Assembly (NCBI GenBank): GCA_002269645.1
Contig: NIVC01003961.1
Coordinates: forward strand, 3,492-67,491
Direction: 5' to 3'
Source of the DNA: Macrostomum lignano
Taxonomy: Eukaryota
DNA length: 64,000 nt
Shown here: positions 1 to 14,640 of the stretch, piece by piece
Layout: every line of letters starts with the position of its first letter
Numbering within the stretch: position 1 is the stretch's first letter
The notes under the pieces: model-generated
Told to the model about the DNA's origin: nothing
What the model saw: the letters and a program-made list of their open reading frames with translations, nothing else
Databases searched by the model: none
Made by a program: the position numbers and the translations under genes

Positions 1-681
1 AAAGCTGGGGTATTTTTGAGGAGATAAGGTACTTGGAGAAAGCTGGGGCATTTTGACGATCTGGTGTATATGGACGAGTTGCGGTATTTGGAGGGGTATT
101 CTGGGGAGCTGGGCACAGCAATAATCAGAGCCAATAGACATGTACGGTACACAGCAATCATCGGCTCCCGCCAGTCGCAGGGAAATGCAGAGGTGCTCAA
201 ACGCGCGCACAGCGCGCAAAGCAGACAAAATTAGTCCAAGGTTTGTAACTCTGGCTAGAAAAAGCAGTTGGATTGGTGGGTGATAGATAAATGTATGGGG
301 ATTGCTGCAGCTACAGGCAAAATGTTTACCACAGTCTAAAACGGCTACTGAAAATCTAAACCGAAATTCTAAACAAAACTTTAAAAGATAAATAATAGAA
401 CTACTTATACTGTAATTTTGCTTCTCAAATCAGTGGATCAATCACAGAAAGTTATAAAAATAGTTGAAAAATCACCCATTGAGGAATAACGGAAAGCTCG
501 TTGCAGATAATAGACTTTTAGAAATAGAAACCATCTTCAATTCTGTTACCTTCACTCTCTCCTGCTCAGGCTTCCGTTTGACAAATTTGACAATGAAGGC
601 TGCGCATTTCATGTCCTTTTGAGACGAAAACTCTGAAAATCAGTCCAGAAATGTCCCAGAGTTTTCCATCATTCTCTCCTT

Positions 682-1008
682 GCGCTCTGATGTGCCAGCG
701 GCCCAGGCTCGATTCCAAGTGCAGTCACATTAATCTGGGGCTAAATTGGAATCTCGGCTTGGCTCTGCTAGTGCAATTAACGCCCTTAAGGGCCAACCCT
801 CAAGACACAGTGAAGTGTACATGCCGAACGATAAATAAAGCTAGGACCGCTGTACACTCCTGTGTGAGTGTGCCTGTGCGTATGACTGCGTACGTATCCG
901 CGCGCTTGTGTGCCTGCTCAGGGGAGTCGGCGGAATGGGCAGCAATGCCTCTCGCCGGTTGTGCGACAAAGTCGCTTGAAGTGCGCCAGAGTGCACACAG
1001 CCCCCTTG
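682..1008 (+). mobile_element. SINE-like dispersed repeat, copy 1
   Basis: About 325 bp matching the reverse complement of 61296-61625 with scattered substitutions. The 5' part has a B-box-like GGCTCGATTCC. Confidence 0.65.
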
Positions 1009-1306
1009 TATCCACGATCTAATATAAAAATCAGCTTAGGAGAGTTCGTCTACTGATAAAAGTAGAAAGTGTAGAATGTGGTGCTAAAAGTTTGCACGGC
1101 GAGCTGAGTTTTCGCCATGCTGGACAGTGCAAAGATTTAATAGATTTCTGTTCTCTTTAAACCCTATAGCTGACTGAGAATGACTGACTGGGGCTGTAAC
1201 AGAGACCTAAGCAAGCCGCCCCCCATGTACACACACGAGTAGGTCTCGTAAGTATAGGTTGAAGCGAGTAGGTTGAAGTCATTGAATTCTGAGTCATTAG
1301 GCCAGG

Positions 1307-4105
<2,799 letters not shown>

Positions 4106-6734
4106 TGTTGTTGAGGAACTTTTGTGCTTAGCAGTCAACAGTAACTGTTGAAGAGGTTTAAGTAATTATTGCCGCGCTGAAAAAAAGGATTGTTCTAGCT
4201 AAAAATATTTGCATAGAATTCTTAGGAAATAAATTTTTTTTTCGCAGTGTTGGCTGGAAATCAATAGATTATCAAATGGCAAATTAGTCAGTTCAAATGT
4301 GAATTAAAAATGCACGAATATATAGATAAATATGATATTTCACATTTAACTTACATTTACTACTATAATACCTTATAAATATTTACCTTACGCTGGTAAA
4401 TTTACATGTGCAAGGCTAACTAACAGAGATGGAATTATGACGCGAAAAGGAATTTTATTACCTTTAGCATAAATATTTCTGGGCTTTCAAATATAACTTT
4501 ATTATCTGACAAAAATTAATATAGCAGGTGTAAAATAGTAAATACAGGTAATAATATTAATGGAACAGTGTTACAAGGCATCTATAAAAACACAGAACAA
4601 TATAATCCAATCAAAAAGTAAAATTTTAAAGGCTAAGAAATCTATTTTTTGATAAAATTAAGAACCTCTGGATCAATTATTGTGCCTTGAGTAGCCTAAA
4701 TATATAAGGCTTCTAAATTCGTAAAAATTAATTGCAACATAAGGCTATTACGAAAGCATTTAATAGTAATATTGTCATTTTCAGAACACTCATTTAGCCA
4801 TAAGAGTAAGAAAAGGTGAAACTGTAACACATTGCAATAACTCCAACAACGAGAGAGGACTCTGGGTTTGCTTACTTTTGTTTTTCATTGTAAATTTTTA
4901 ACTATTTAATTTTAAGACGATGCGTGATATTCTCTCTCAAATTTTTTTAAATATAACATTTAGGTTAAGAAGCCGAAGCCAAGGTAATCCAGTTCACGAG
5001 TTCAATCCTTTCCAAAAATCTATCAGAGTTCTGCGTTACTTACAAATAATTTCAATAAAATCCTAAGTTGAATCCGTGCGCATTTTTGTTTACCCTGATT
5101 GTCCTAGAGAGCAAGCAGTATATTAAATTTCGTGATAAACGACTTTGAAGGAATTACTTTCACTGTAAAATTCAATAACTTGTATTTTTGCCAGAAAATT
5201 GGCCTCTAAAAATAGCAGTCTTTAGGTTTTACAGCTGTACGTGCTGTTATACATGGCGAAGCGCATGGCAAGTTTATTTTTACGCGTAGATCCCTCAAAA
5301 GAGTAAATTGTAAGAGTACGTCAGAGTTAATCATGCAAGGTAAATTTAGGCCATTGATCCTCGCAGCACTGTAGCGGCACAAGGACGACTAATTATTTAT
5401 CGTCTTTCTTACTACGGTAAGTCCGGTAAGTTAGTTGGTTAGTAAGTAGTCCTAAAGCGGCCAGAATCCGGCATCGGATGGTACCGCAGATATCCCACGT
5501 ACTGGTGCAGCCGGTACATGCTATATAGCTTGCTATTAGCTGCATACTAGGACCGACCTGCAGCTCTGGCCAAACTGATCGCCTTCAGCGGAGCGAGGTT
5601 GAACTTGAAGTTATTTTCTGATGTCTCGCACACAGTCGAACAATATTGCGGATGAATCGCTTAGTTCTTAAGACGCCTTAGTGTATAGCTGTTCACGTCG
5701 GTCGAGTACATGTAAAGGCCGGGAAGCGAGGAAGTTGCCGAATTGTTTCAACCCCTTCCAATGGCGACGAGCGTAAAATGCATAATTCAGTGTGAAAATG
5801 GATGATAATAAAAATAATTAATCCATATATTCATTCCAATGGCTAAATAATCAGAGCAATGTTATTAAGACACTTGATGCCTCCTAAACCTGCTGCAGTT
5901 TATTCACTTCCATGGTTTAAGCATGCAGAACATCGATCGGGGTGCTTTCACAACGTACGTCGAAAACTCGAATAGCAGCTACTTTTACAACTGCAGTTCG
6001 AAACTTCGTAAGCTCGAAATTTTACAACTCCGAAAACTGAATACGCTCGTATAGCAACAAACCATTGCAGTTTTCGGTGAAATTTTACTCAACAACATTA
6101 CTTATCATTACTTAATTTTATCAACAAGCTAACAAGAAACTGACAGTGAGCTCTGCATTGGAGTGTGATGTACGGACTGGTGTAATAGGCATGCTTTTTT
6201 TACATGCCAGTATCATTTCAGGAAAATCACATTTGATTGTGATGTACATGTAACCTGGGGAATGATAACTCAGAGCTATGGCCCGAGGTACTGATGCCAG
6301 GGTAGAAGGGGATCAGACCTCACCCTCCCCAGGGGCACCCACCCTAGATGGAGAACTGGTGGCTTGGGTTGTGGTCCGATAGCAAGGTCCGACTGTTCTA
6401 ATCCCAACTACGGCCCATGAGTTTTGAAGATAGGGACTGCTTAAAGTACATGTAGTTCTGCCATCACCCCTAATAATAATTACATTAATAATACCCCTAA
6501 TAATAATTACATTACAGAATAATAATTACATTAATACATCTGAAATCTCCTTACGATCTGCCAGCAGCTTCAGTTTTGTATCCCTGCAGTCCTAGCCTTC
6601 TCACTAGCCTGTATGCTTAAAAGATTAATAAATTAAAGCAGGATAACTGGGTTATGATTTTCATCTGATAGTTAAGTAGCTCAGCTGCAGATACTACAAT
6701 ACTACTCGAGAATGAATGATTGAATTGTTGCAAA

Positions 6735-6855
6735 GCGGGATAGGGATCCCGATGGTCAATTCCGGGATTTTCGAATCCCGGACAAGTGTGATCCCGGGAT
6801 TTAGAATCCCGGGATTTGGGCCTAATTCCGAGATCCTGGGATTGTATTCACTATA
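6735..6855. mobile_element. Possible small hAT-like MITE remnant with repeated CCCGGGA motifs
   Basis: Cluster of atcccggga/ttccggga subterminal-type motifs ending in gggattgtattcacta; no TSD identified. Confidence 0.3.
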
Positions 6856-7946
6856 GGTAGATTGTGTAAATGGTTTTGGAAGTAGACAATGATTAATTTT
6901 TCACGAGTGGCGAAGTGGCGAAGCCAACCATTGCATGAAATTAGACACAACTAAACCATTGCATGAAACGACTCTAACCAATAAGCGGTCTTGTGCCATT
7001 GTAACACGATTTAAATGTGTAAAAGCGTGCTTAAATGGCCCGTGATCGCGTATTGGCTATAGAGTCATTTAACGCACGAGATATATATGTTGTGATTACA
7101 ATGCTGGTTCTTCTTGCTATGTTATGGCCACATACGAGTATGGCCACATGTCTATGGCCACTCGTACGCTCTACCTGTTCGCCTTATCTATTTGATCCCA
7201 AGTGTTAAAACATGTGGAGATTATCAGTAGCTTATATTCCCCTACCATAGACAGCGGAATTCTTCTTTTGGTATCGGTGCATTATAACATCTATATCCGT
7301 TGATCTCCGCTCCCTGTACAGATCCATCGCGGCTCACAGGCCGTGAATCCCATTAAAATATTGCACTTAAATTCAGAGATACTCTATGGCACAAACTCCA
7401 AAGAACTGAACCTCCTCGTTTCAGTGTATTATATATTTAAAACCACTTCGCGCCCAAGCTTGGTTCTGTAAGATGGCTTAAAAGCCCAAAGGCCTGCAGA
7501 GCAGTCCATAGACAAATTTGTCTTTTTTGCTGAATCGAGTGCACACCCTAGAAGCCCAGAAGTAAAGTATATTGTAGTGTTACTCCTTCTCGGGTTCTTT
7601 AAGATGTTCCTAGCAAATAGAACCCGCTGCTCCTGAAGAAGCTAGATAGCACCGCAGTACTACCTATCGATTTGCCTGAAAATGAACCTAAAACGTTAGC
7701 CGTGACTTGGTAGGGTTGCTGCCACCTTGGTGTGCGGACTCGACGCGTCGGCAGAGTTGTCTATCCGTCACCTGAAAGAAAAATAACAAAGTCGCTCGGA
7801 GCAAAGGCAAATCTGAAAAATGTCTCGACAGTCGATCGTCTTAGTAGAATGCTGCTCGAACCTGAAAACCTGAAAACCTGAAATGAGAGAGAAGAGCTCG
7901 GAGGCAGAGGCAGCTCCAATCGAGGAAGCTCCCGAACGCGGCTCAC

Positions 7947-8132
7947 GATCTGGAGAAAATGGCTCGCAGATGCTCCGTATTTATAGCCGAGCGGACCCCC
8001 AAAAGTCACGTGAGTTTCATGCGGTGAGCGCGTGAAACTTCCTTATTTGGTTACTAAAATCATGCGAGCGACGCGTGATTCAAGGCCAACTTCCAAATAA
8101 GGCAACCCTGCACGCAGCAGTGGCGTGACTCA
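7947..8132 (-). promoter_or_regulatory. Putative Pol II promoter with two CArG/Ets composite sites, E-box, AP-1 site and TATA box
   Basis: CCTTATTTGG (8041-8050) and CCAAATAAGG (8093-8102), each overlapped by ACTTCC; CACGTG 8007-8012; TGACTCA 8126-8132; TATAAATA on minus strand 7985-7978; Inr-like CCATTTT ~25 nt downstream; donor gtgagc at 7946. Confidence 0.4.
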
Positions 8133-9064
8133 AGGTCAGTGGCCACGCTCCAGCTAAGAAGACAGTATTTTGCTGCAGCCAATGTCCCGGAAATCCTGGT
8201 CTCTGTCCAGATCCATGCTAATTCATCCACGCTTTAATTCCCCTTTAACATTTCCCATTTGAGTGAAAACACAATGGAAATGCATAATGGACGTCTTTAA
8301 ATCAGTCATGGCCTGCACAGCAGGCCATACTGGGCACTTGCTTTAGTGATTGGGATATGGTTTTTGATGCCATAGACATTTTTCAATCTCTGGGTTTCTG
8401 GGCCGTTTCGGTATGGCCTGCAGTGCAGGCCTTTGGCTTCCAAATGGTTAAGCACTCAAAACCACAGATTTATACCTAAGGTATATTAATACCCATGCTG
8501 CAAGAATGAAAACGAGAAGTTGGGGTGTGAGGGGCGAGCCCCCCACATTCCAACCATAGACATTTCCACTTCAATGTAGGCTTAAATGTACGGTATTAAA
8601 GGGATGAATTAAGTCGCAGGCAAAAAGGTCATATAGAATCTGTGCTCAAAACCGACTATTCAACTCCTCAGTTGAGCACGCTTTTGACGTTTAATGCACG
8701 CTTTTTCATATTTGAATTGTGTTACAATGGACGTTTCGGGCACGCTTTTCCCCGCCAATGCGTTGTCTAATTATATTTGATGGTTGGACTGCGTCAACAA
8801 ACGCTCGAATGGCGCTATTTGATCAATCTGTCATCAAGCAAGCAAATGCAAATGCATGCATTATATTTTCATGGCTAGTCAGGCTGCTTCAATTCAGTCT
8901 AGTCAGCCTTGTTTTTGTAAGGGACTTTAACTCAAACAACTTCGCTACTCGGACCGGAAAAACGAGACAACTTATTGCCCTATAAATTTGCAGACCTCGT
9001 CTCCGACTCTGGTGACTTTCGCCGACGACGATTCACATACTCGACGACTCGCTCAATAGCAACC

Positions 9065-10162
9065 ATGAAGTGGCAGCTCGCTCTCGGATTTTTGCTGTGC
9101 GCAGCCCTGGCTGCCCAGGCCGCAAACTCCGGCAATCGTGAACAAGCTCAGGAGCACGAAAAGGAGCACGAGGAGAAGAGGGAGCTCGAGAAGGAGCGCG
9201 AAAAGGCGCACGAGGAGAAGAGGGAGCTCGAGAAGGAGCACGAAAAGGAGCGCGAGGAGCGCGAGGAACTCGAGAAGGAGCGCGAAAAGCAAGACGACGA
9301 GCACGAGGAGGTCGACCAGGAGCGCGAAGAGCTCGAAAAGGAGCGCGAAAAGGCGCACGAGGAGAAGAGGGAGCTCGAGAAGGAGCGTGAAAAGGAGCAC
9401 GAGGAGCGCGAGGAGCTCGACAAGGAGCGCGAAAAGCAAGACGAGGAGCGTGAGGAGCTCGACAAGGAGCGCGAAAAGCAGGACGAGGAGCGCGAAGAAC
9501 TCGACAAGGAGCGCGAAAAGGAGCACAAGGAGCGCGAAGAGGAGGACGAAGAAGAGCACAAGGACCACAAAGAAAAGCACAAGGTGAAGAAGGAGCTCGA
9601 GAAGGCTGAGGAGGAGCACGAGAAGCACAAGGTGAAGAAGGAGCTCGAGAAGGCTGAGAAGGAGCACGAGAAGCACAAGTTGAAGAAGGTGCTCGAGAAG
9701 GCTGAGGAGGAGCACGAGAAGCACAAGGTGAAGAAGGAGCTCGAGAAGGCTGAGAAGGAGCACGAGAAGCACAAGTTGAAGAAGGTGCTCGAGAAGGCTG
9801 AGGAGGAGCACAAGGAGCGCAAGGAGCAGAGGGAGCTCGAGAAGGCCGAGAAGGCCGAGAAGGCCGAGAAGGAGCACAAGGAGCGCAAGGAGCAGAGGGA
9901 GCTCGAGAAGGCCGAGAAGGCCGAGAAGGCCGAGAAGGAGCACAAGGAGCGCAAGGAGCAGAGGGAGCTCGAGAAGGCCGAGAAGGCCGAGAAGGCCGAG
10001 AAGGAGCACAAGGAGCGCAAGGAGCAGAGGGAGCTCGAGAAGGCCGAGAAGGAGCACGAGGAGCACAAGGAGGAGGTAGAAAAGCGCGATGCTATGCTGG
10101 AGGCTCTGGCCAACCTGGACAGTTTCAACATGCTGGAGGAGAGGGCCGAGAACCTCAACTAG
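9065..10162 (+). CDS. Secreted Glu/Lys/His-rich repetitive charged protein, 365 aa
   Basis: ATG in accATGa context; signal peptide MKWQLALGFLLCAALAAQA; uninterrupted ORF with biased codon usage (GAG/AAG/CAC); repeats ELEKEREK, HEKHKVKKELEKAE, ERKEQRELEKAEKAEKAEKEHK; unique C-terminus after KR. Confidence 0.8.
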   Translation: MKWQLALGFLLCAALAAQAANSGNREQAQEHEKEHEEKRELEKEREKAHEEKRELEKEHEKEREEREELEKEREKQDDEHEEVDQEREELEKEREKAHEEKRELEKEREKEHEEREELDKEREKQDEEREELDKEREKQDEEREELDKEREKEHKEREEEDEEEHKDHKEKHKVKKELEKAEEEHEKHKVKKELEKAEKEHEKHKLKKVLEKAEEEHEKHKVKKELEKAEKEHEKHKLKKVLEKAEEEHKERKEQRELEKAEKAEKAEKEHKERKEQRELEKAEKAEKAEKEHKERKEQRELEKAEKAEKAEKEHKERKEQRELEKAEKEHEEHKEEVEKRDAMLEALANLDSFNMLEERAENLN

Positions 10163-10879
10163 AATTTCATCAATTTTGGGGTTGGTTAGATCGGTCTGCA
10201 GTGCAGCTGAGACAGAACGAGCGAAATCGCTCCATTGAAGATTGAGGACCGGCCGTACACCGAAAGCCAACTGTTTGTAACTCTGTTTCCCACATTCATT
10301 GCTGAGTGACTTACAAATACTTGAGTGTTCTCGTTTGAAACTACAACAACTTTGATTTCCTGATCAGTTAACACCAAATAAAATACTAAAGTGCCCTTAA
10401 TCTATCGAGTTTGGTTATTCTTCATTTAGAAATTTTGAATTCAGAATTAAAAAGCTCAGATTGTAGCTATATGAAATTAAATATGATGACTTATAGTAGC
10501 ACGAAGGTGCCTGAAGTTGAGTCAGAACATTGGGTCATGGGTCAAGACTAAATCAATTTAAATTACATTACAGACACGTACCACCGGAAATCACATGAAC
10601 TAGACGCTCTACATGCATATGGTCCATAGCATATAGATCTCTGGATTAGAGTAGGAACCCCTACACTTGCAAATCGATAAAACTTCTCGTTTGTTGATGA
10701 AAACTTTCAGCTCGAACGAGGCGCACACTTGCGTCCTAGTTTAATTGTCCATTGCACTAGGCTTCATTACATTGTGAGCTCGTTACATATTTTAGACACT
10801 AAAATGGTCTGTGACCAGCATAGTTACAGAGAATACTAAATAATTTTCTTGGGCTGCCTTTCGTTCCGTGAGGGCAGTC

Positions 10880-11260
10880 CTGCAGTCCAAGGCTGTCAGA
10901 AAACCGTCCTGCTGTACAACGCTGAGACCTGGACAGCTGACGGGCTCGCTCGAGCAACAAGTAGGCGCGGCTCGACGCCTTCAAGCTCGATAACGAGCGG
11001 GTCTCCAATGCGACACTGAATCGCGGCGCCGGCCTGATTCATCGAAGCGACCTGTTGAGCCGTCGGCGACTCCAGCTGGCAGGCCACATCATCCGCGCCG
11101 AGTCGTGGCTCACAGCCGGTGGCACCCTACCGGCGGGGGCAGGCGCGCACTCGGCGTTTCGTCGATTGCCTGCTGGCTGACGCTGGCGCCCTTCTTCGGT
11201 CAGCGGCGTAGGCTTCGTTCGCGGGCTGGCCCAGAAGCGCGCCCTAGCTGTGACGCTGAC
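10880..11260 (+). mobile_element. Degenerate RTE-type non-LTR retrotransposon 3' fragment
   Basis: Broken frames read (E)TVLLYNAETWT and RRRLQLAGHIIRAES, typical of the post-RT region of RTE-like LINE ORF2; frameshifts present. Confidence 0.7.
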
Positions 11261-11809
11261 TTCCAAAGACCCTGACAGCGTATTTTGTTGTTTGGGTTGT
11301 AAATACCAGCGTATTTAAATACTCAAATATCATCTTTTTCTGTTGGAGCATCATAATTCCTACAGCTTAATCCAGATTTCAACAATTTCTTCAAGATGTT
11401 TTACTAGCTCGGTAAATCAAATTTTAAGCACCAGAAAGAAGCGTACTAGATTTTAATGCCTAGATGAGTTCAAAGACGGGACATTCCCGCGGTCCATCGC
11501 CTGAGCTTGCACGTGAGCTAAATTTGAGTCGGACCTTGCTTCTCAGTAAATAGCGTGAGTAATTAATTGGCTTGTTAGCTGACAGGCTGGACAATCAAAT
11601 TCATGCGCCGCTCGATTTTTCTCAGCGCAAGTGTATTCAATTCACTGCACTCTCCCATCTGATTGTTTGCCAAGATGCGAGCCGTGGAGTGCTAGAGCAG
11701 ATGGGAGTTCTCGGACTCCATAATGTGTGCGTGCGTTCTTGAGTAAGCTGGAAAGCATGAAAAAAGCATTAGCAAGGCAACGTCTCTTACTGTTGAATCT
11801 GCCAGCGCC

Positions 11810-12680
11810 ATCCCTCACCCACCCCTCCCTCATCCGCCTCTCCCTCACCCGCCCTCTCTCACCCGCCTCTCCCTCGACCGCCCCTCCCTCATCCGCCCCT
11901 CCCTCACCCGCCCTCCCTCACCCACCCCTCCCTCATCCGCCTCTCCCTCACCCGCCCTCTCTCACCCGCCTCTCCCTCGACCGCCCCTCCCTCATCCGCC
12001 CCTCCCTCACCCGCCCCTCCCTCATCCGCCCCTCCCTCATCCGCCCCTCCCTCATCCGCCCCTCCCTCATCCGCCCCTCCCTCATCCGCCCCTCCCTCAT
12101 CCGCCCCTCCCTCACCCGCCCCTCCCTCACCCACCCCTCCCTCATCCGCCTCTCCCTCACCCGCCCCTCCCTCATCCGCCCCTCCCTCGACCGCCCCTCC
12201 CTCACCCGCCCCTCCCTCACCCGCCCCTCCCACATCCGCCCCTCCCTCACCCGCCCCTCCCTCACCCGCCCCTCCCTCATCCGCCCCTCCCTCACCCGCC
12301 CCTCCCTCACCCGCCCCTCCCTAACCCGCCCCTCCCTTATCCGCCCCTCCCTGATCCGCCTTTCCCTCATCCGCTCCTCTTCACCAGCCCCCCATGATCC
12401 GCGCCTCTCTGAATCGCAGCTCTGATCCGCTCTCCCTGATCCGCCCTCCCTGATCCGCCCTCCCTGATCCGCCCTCCCTGATCCGCCCTCCCTGATCCGC
12501 CCTCCCTGATCCGCCCTCCCTGATCCGCCCTCCCTGATCCGCCCTCCCTGATCCGCCCTCCCTGATCCGCCCTCCCTGATCCGCCCTCCCTGATCCGCCC
12601 TCCCTGATCCGCCCTCCCTGATCCGCCCTCCCTGATCCGCCCTCCCTGATCCGCCCTCCCTGATCCGCCCTCCCTAATCC
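11810..12680. repeat. C-rich minisatellite, 15 bp unit (ccctccctcatccgc) switching to a 14 bp unit (ccctccctgatccg)
   Basis: Directly visible; unit change near 12430. Confidence 0.95.
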
Positions 12681-13599
12681 TTCTTCCCTAATCGACTCTC
12701 AAATGTTTTTGAGCTTTTTAAAATTGAAATTTCGGACTAAAAACAGGTTAGTACTGAAATATGATTTAGCACCGTTACTACTAACAGTAGATTGATGAAA
12801 AGAAAAAGAAGAAAATAATTTGACGAATAAAGCAAAATTAGTTCAGCTCTGCCACAAAGTGTGAGGTGGCAGCCAGCTACAGCACGGAGATAGTTGATGA
12901 TAGTTCAGATCAGATTAGGCCCAATAAATATCCCACATGTGATTTGTTCTTACAAAGAGAAAAGTCTGCTTGATTTCATTGCGTTTCCAATGCTACAGCT
13001 TGGAAATAAGCACTGTTAACATACCCAATGACTGAATAGCATTCTTATTGCACAAGCAAACAAGAAATATTGCTACAATCCAAACAATTATTATCGGTTG
13101 CAGTTGCCCAGCCTGAGATGAATACAGCAGGTAAGCATTGTGGCATCGGTATTAAGTGCCAGATGTAGGCGAACGCTTCCACCCCCAAGCTAAGCTCTCA
13201 CATATTGCTACCTTTAGATAAATGAGAAACTTCTCCTAGCTACTGCCATCAGCTGGATTCCGATTTTCCCACGAGCTTGGCGATTATCCTGCAACTGCAG
13301 TCGTGAAAATCCTCAGGGGAAATCTATGCCGGAATAAGCAATCGGGATTCCAGTAGCCAAAGGCGGAGACAGTTAAAACTTATACACGCAACAGGGACCC
13401 GATTGAATTGCCGCTTCTCCCTTCTTTTCACTGAATTATTAATTAGTTTTTTCAACTAATTGAGACAAGCCCAGGCGACCTAGGACAGGTGCCTGGAGTG
13501 GCAGTTCCCATTGTCAGGCAGGTGCAAGCGAGGCAATTTTTTGCCAAATGTTTTGGCGCAAAGTCACCACTGGGGGCGTAGTTATACCATAGACAAGTG

Positions 13600-14380
13600 T
13601 CTAATGAACATTCACCCATTCTTGCAATGGTGTCTGTGGCATTCACCCATTCTTACAATGGTGTCTGTGGCATTCACCCATTCTTGCAATGGTGTCTGTG
13701 GCATTCACCCATTCTTGCAACTGTGGCATTCACCCATTCTTGCAATGGTGTCTGTGGCATTCATTCACCCATTCTTGCAATGGTGTCTGTGGCATTCACC
13801 CACTCTTAAAATGGTGTCTGTAGCATTTACCCACTCTTAAAATGGTGTCTGTGGCATTCACCCATTCTTACAATGGTGTCTGTGGCATTCACCCATTCTT
13901 GAAATGGTGTCTGTGGCATTCACCCATTCTTGCAATGGTGTCTGTGGCATTCACCCATTCTTACAATGGTGTCTAATGAACATTCACCCATTCTTGCAAT
14001 GGTGTCTGTGGCATTCACCCATTCTTGCAATGGTGTCTGTGGCATTCACCCATTCTTGCAATGGTGTCTGTGGCATTCACCCATTCTTGCAATGGTGTCT
14101 GTGGCATTCACCCATTCTTGCAATGGTGTCTGTGGCATTCACCCATTCTTGCAATGCTGTCTAATGAACATTCACCCATTCTTGCAATGGTGTCTGTGGC
14201 ATTCACCCATTCTTACAATGGTGTCTAATGAACATTCACCCATTCTTGCAATGGTGTCTGTGGCATTCACCCATTCTTGCAATGGTGTCTGTGGCATTCA
14301 CCCATTCTTGTAATGGTGTCTGTGGCATTCACCCATTCTTGCAATGGTGTCCGTGGCATTCACCCATTCTTGCAATGGTT
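13600..14380. repeat. Minisatellite, 31 bp unit (tggtgtctgtggcattcacccattcttgcaa)
   Basis: Directly visible, with a recurring variant tctaatgaacattc. Confidence 0.95.
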
Positions 14381-14399
14381 ATTTCAGCCAGTTCTGAAT

Positions 14400-14640
14400 G
14401 CCGTTGCTCATGATCGGAACTACCAATCGAAACAAGAACTCGAAAAAGATAGCAGGAAGTTCAATGCTTCTAATTTGAAGGATATGCCTGCGATGCTTCA
14501 ACACCACATTACGCATCAGTTGAAGAAAGATTTTTTTCCAGGGTAGGACCCGCAATTTGCCAAGGCAAGACAAACCTTGGATGCTGCTATGAAGGAGACC
14601 CGTCCGCGAGGGAAAAATACTGCTCTTCTGCTGAGTGTAC
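14400..14640 (+). mobile_element. Possible decayed Crypton-like (tyrosine recombinase) fragment
   Basis: Reads HHITHQLKKDFFPG*DPQFAKARQTLDAAMKETRPRGK, reminiscent of the DPxF...LDAxMKxL..GKG segment of Crypton-type proteins; in-frame stop. Confidence 0.3.

Noticed and set aside
9053-10270. 405 aa Leu-rich and 336 aa Ser-rich antisense ORFs
   Set aside because: Shadows of the GAG/AAG-biased sense CDS, which has the signal peptide.
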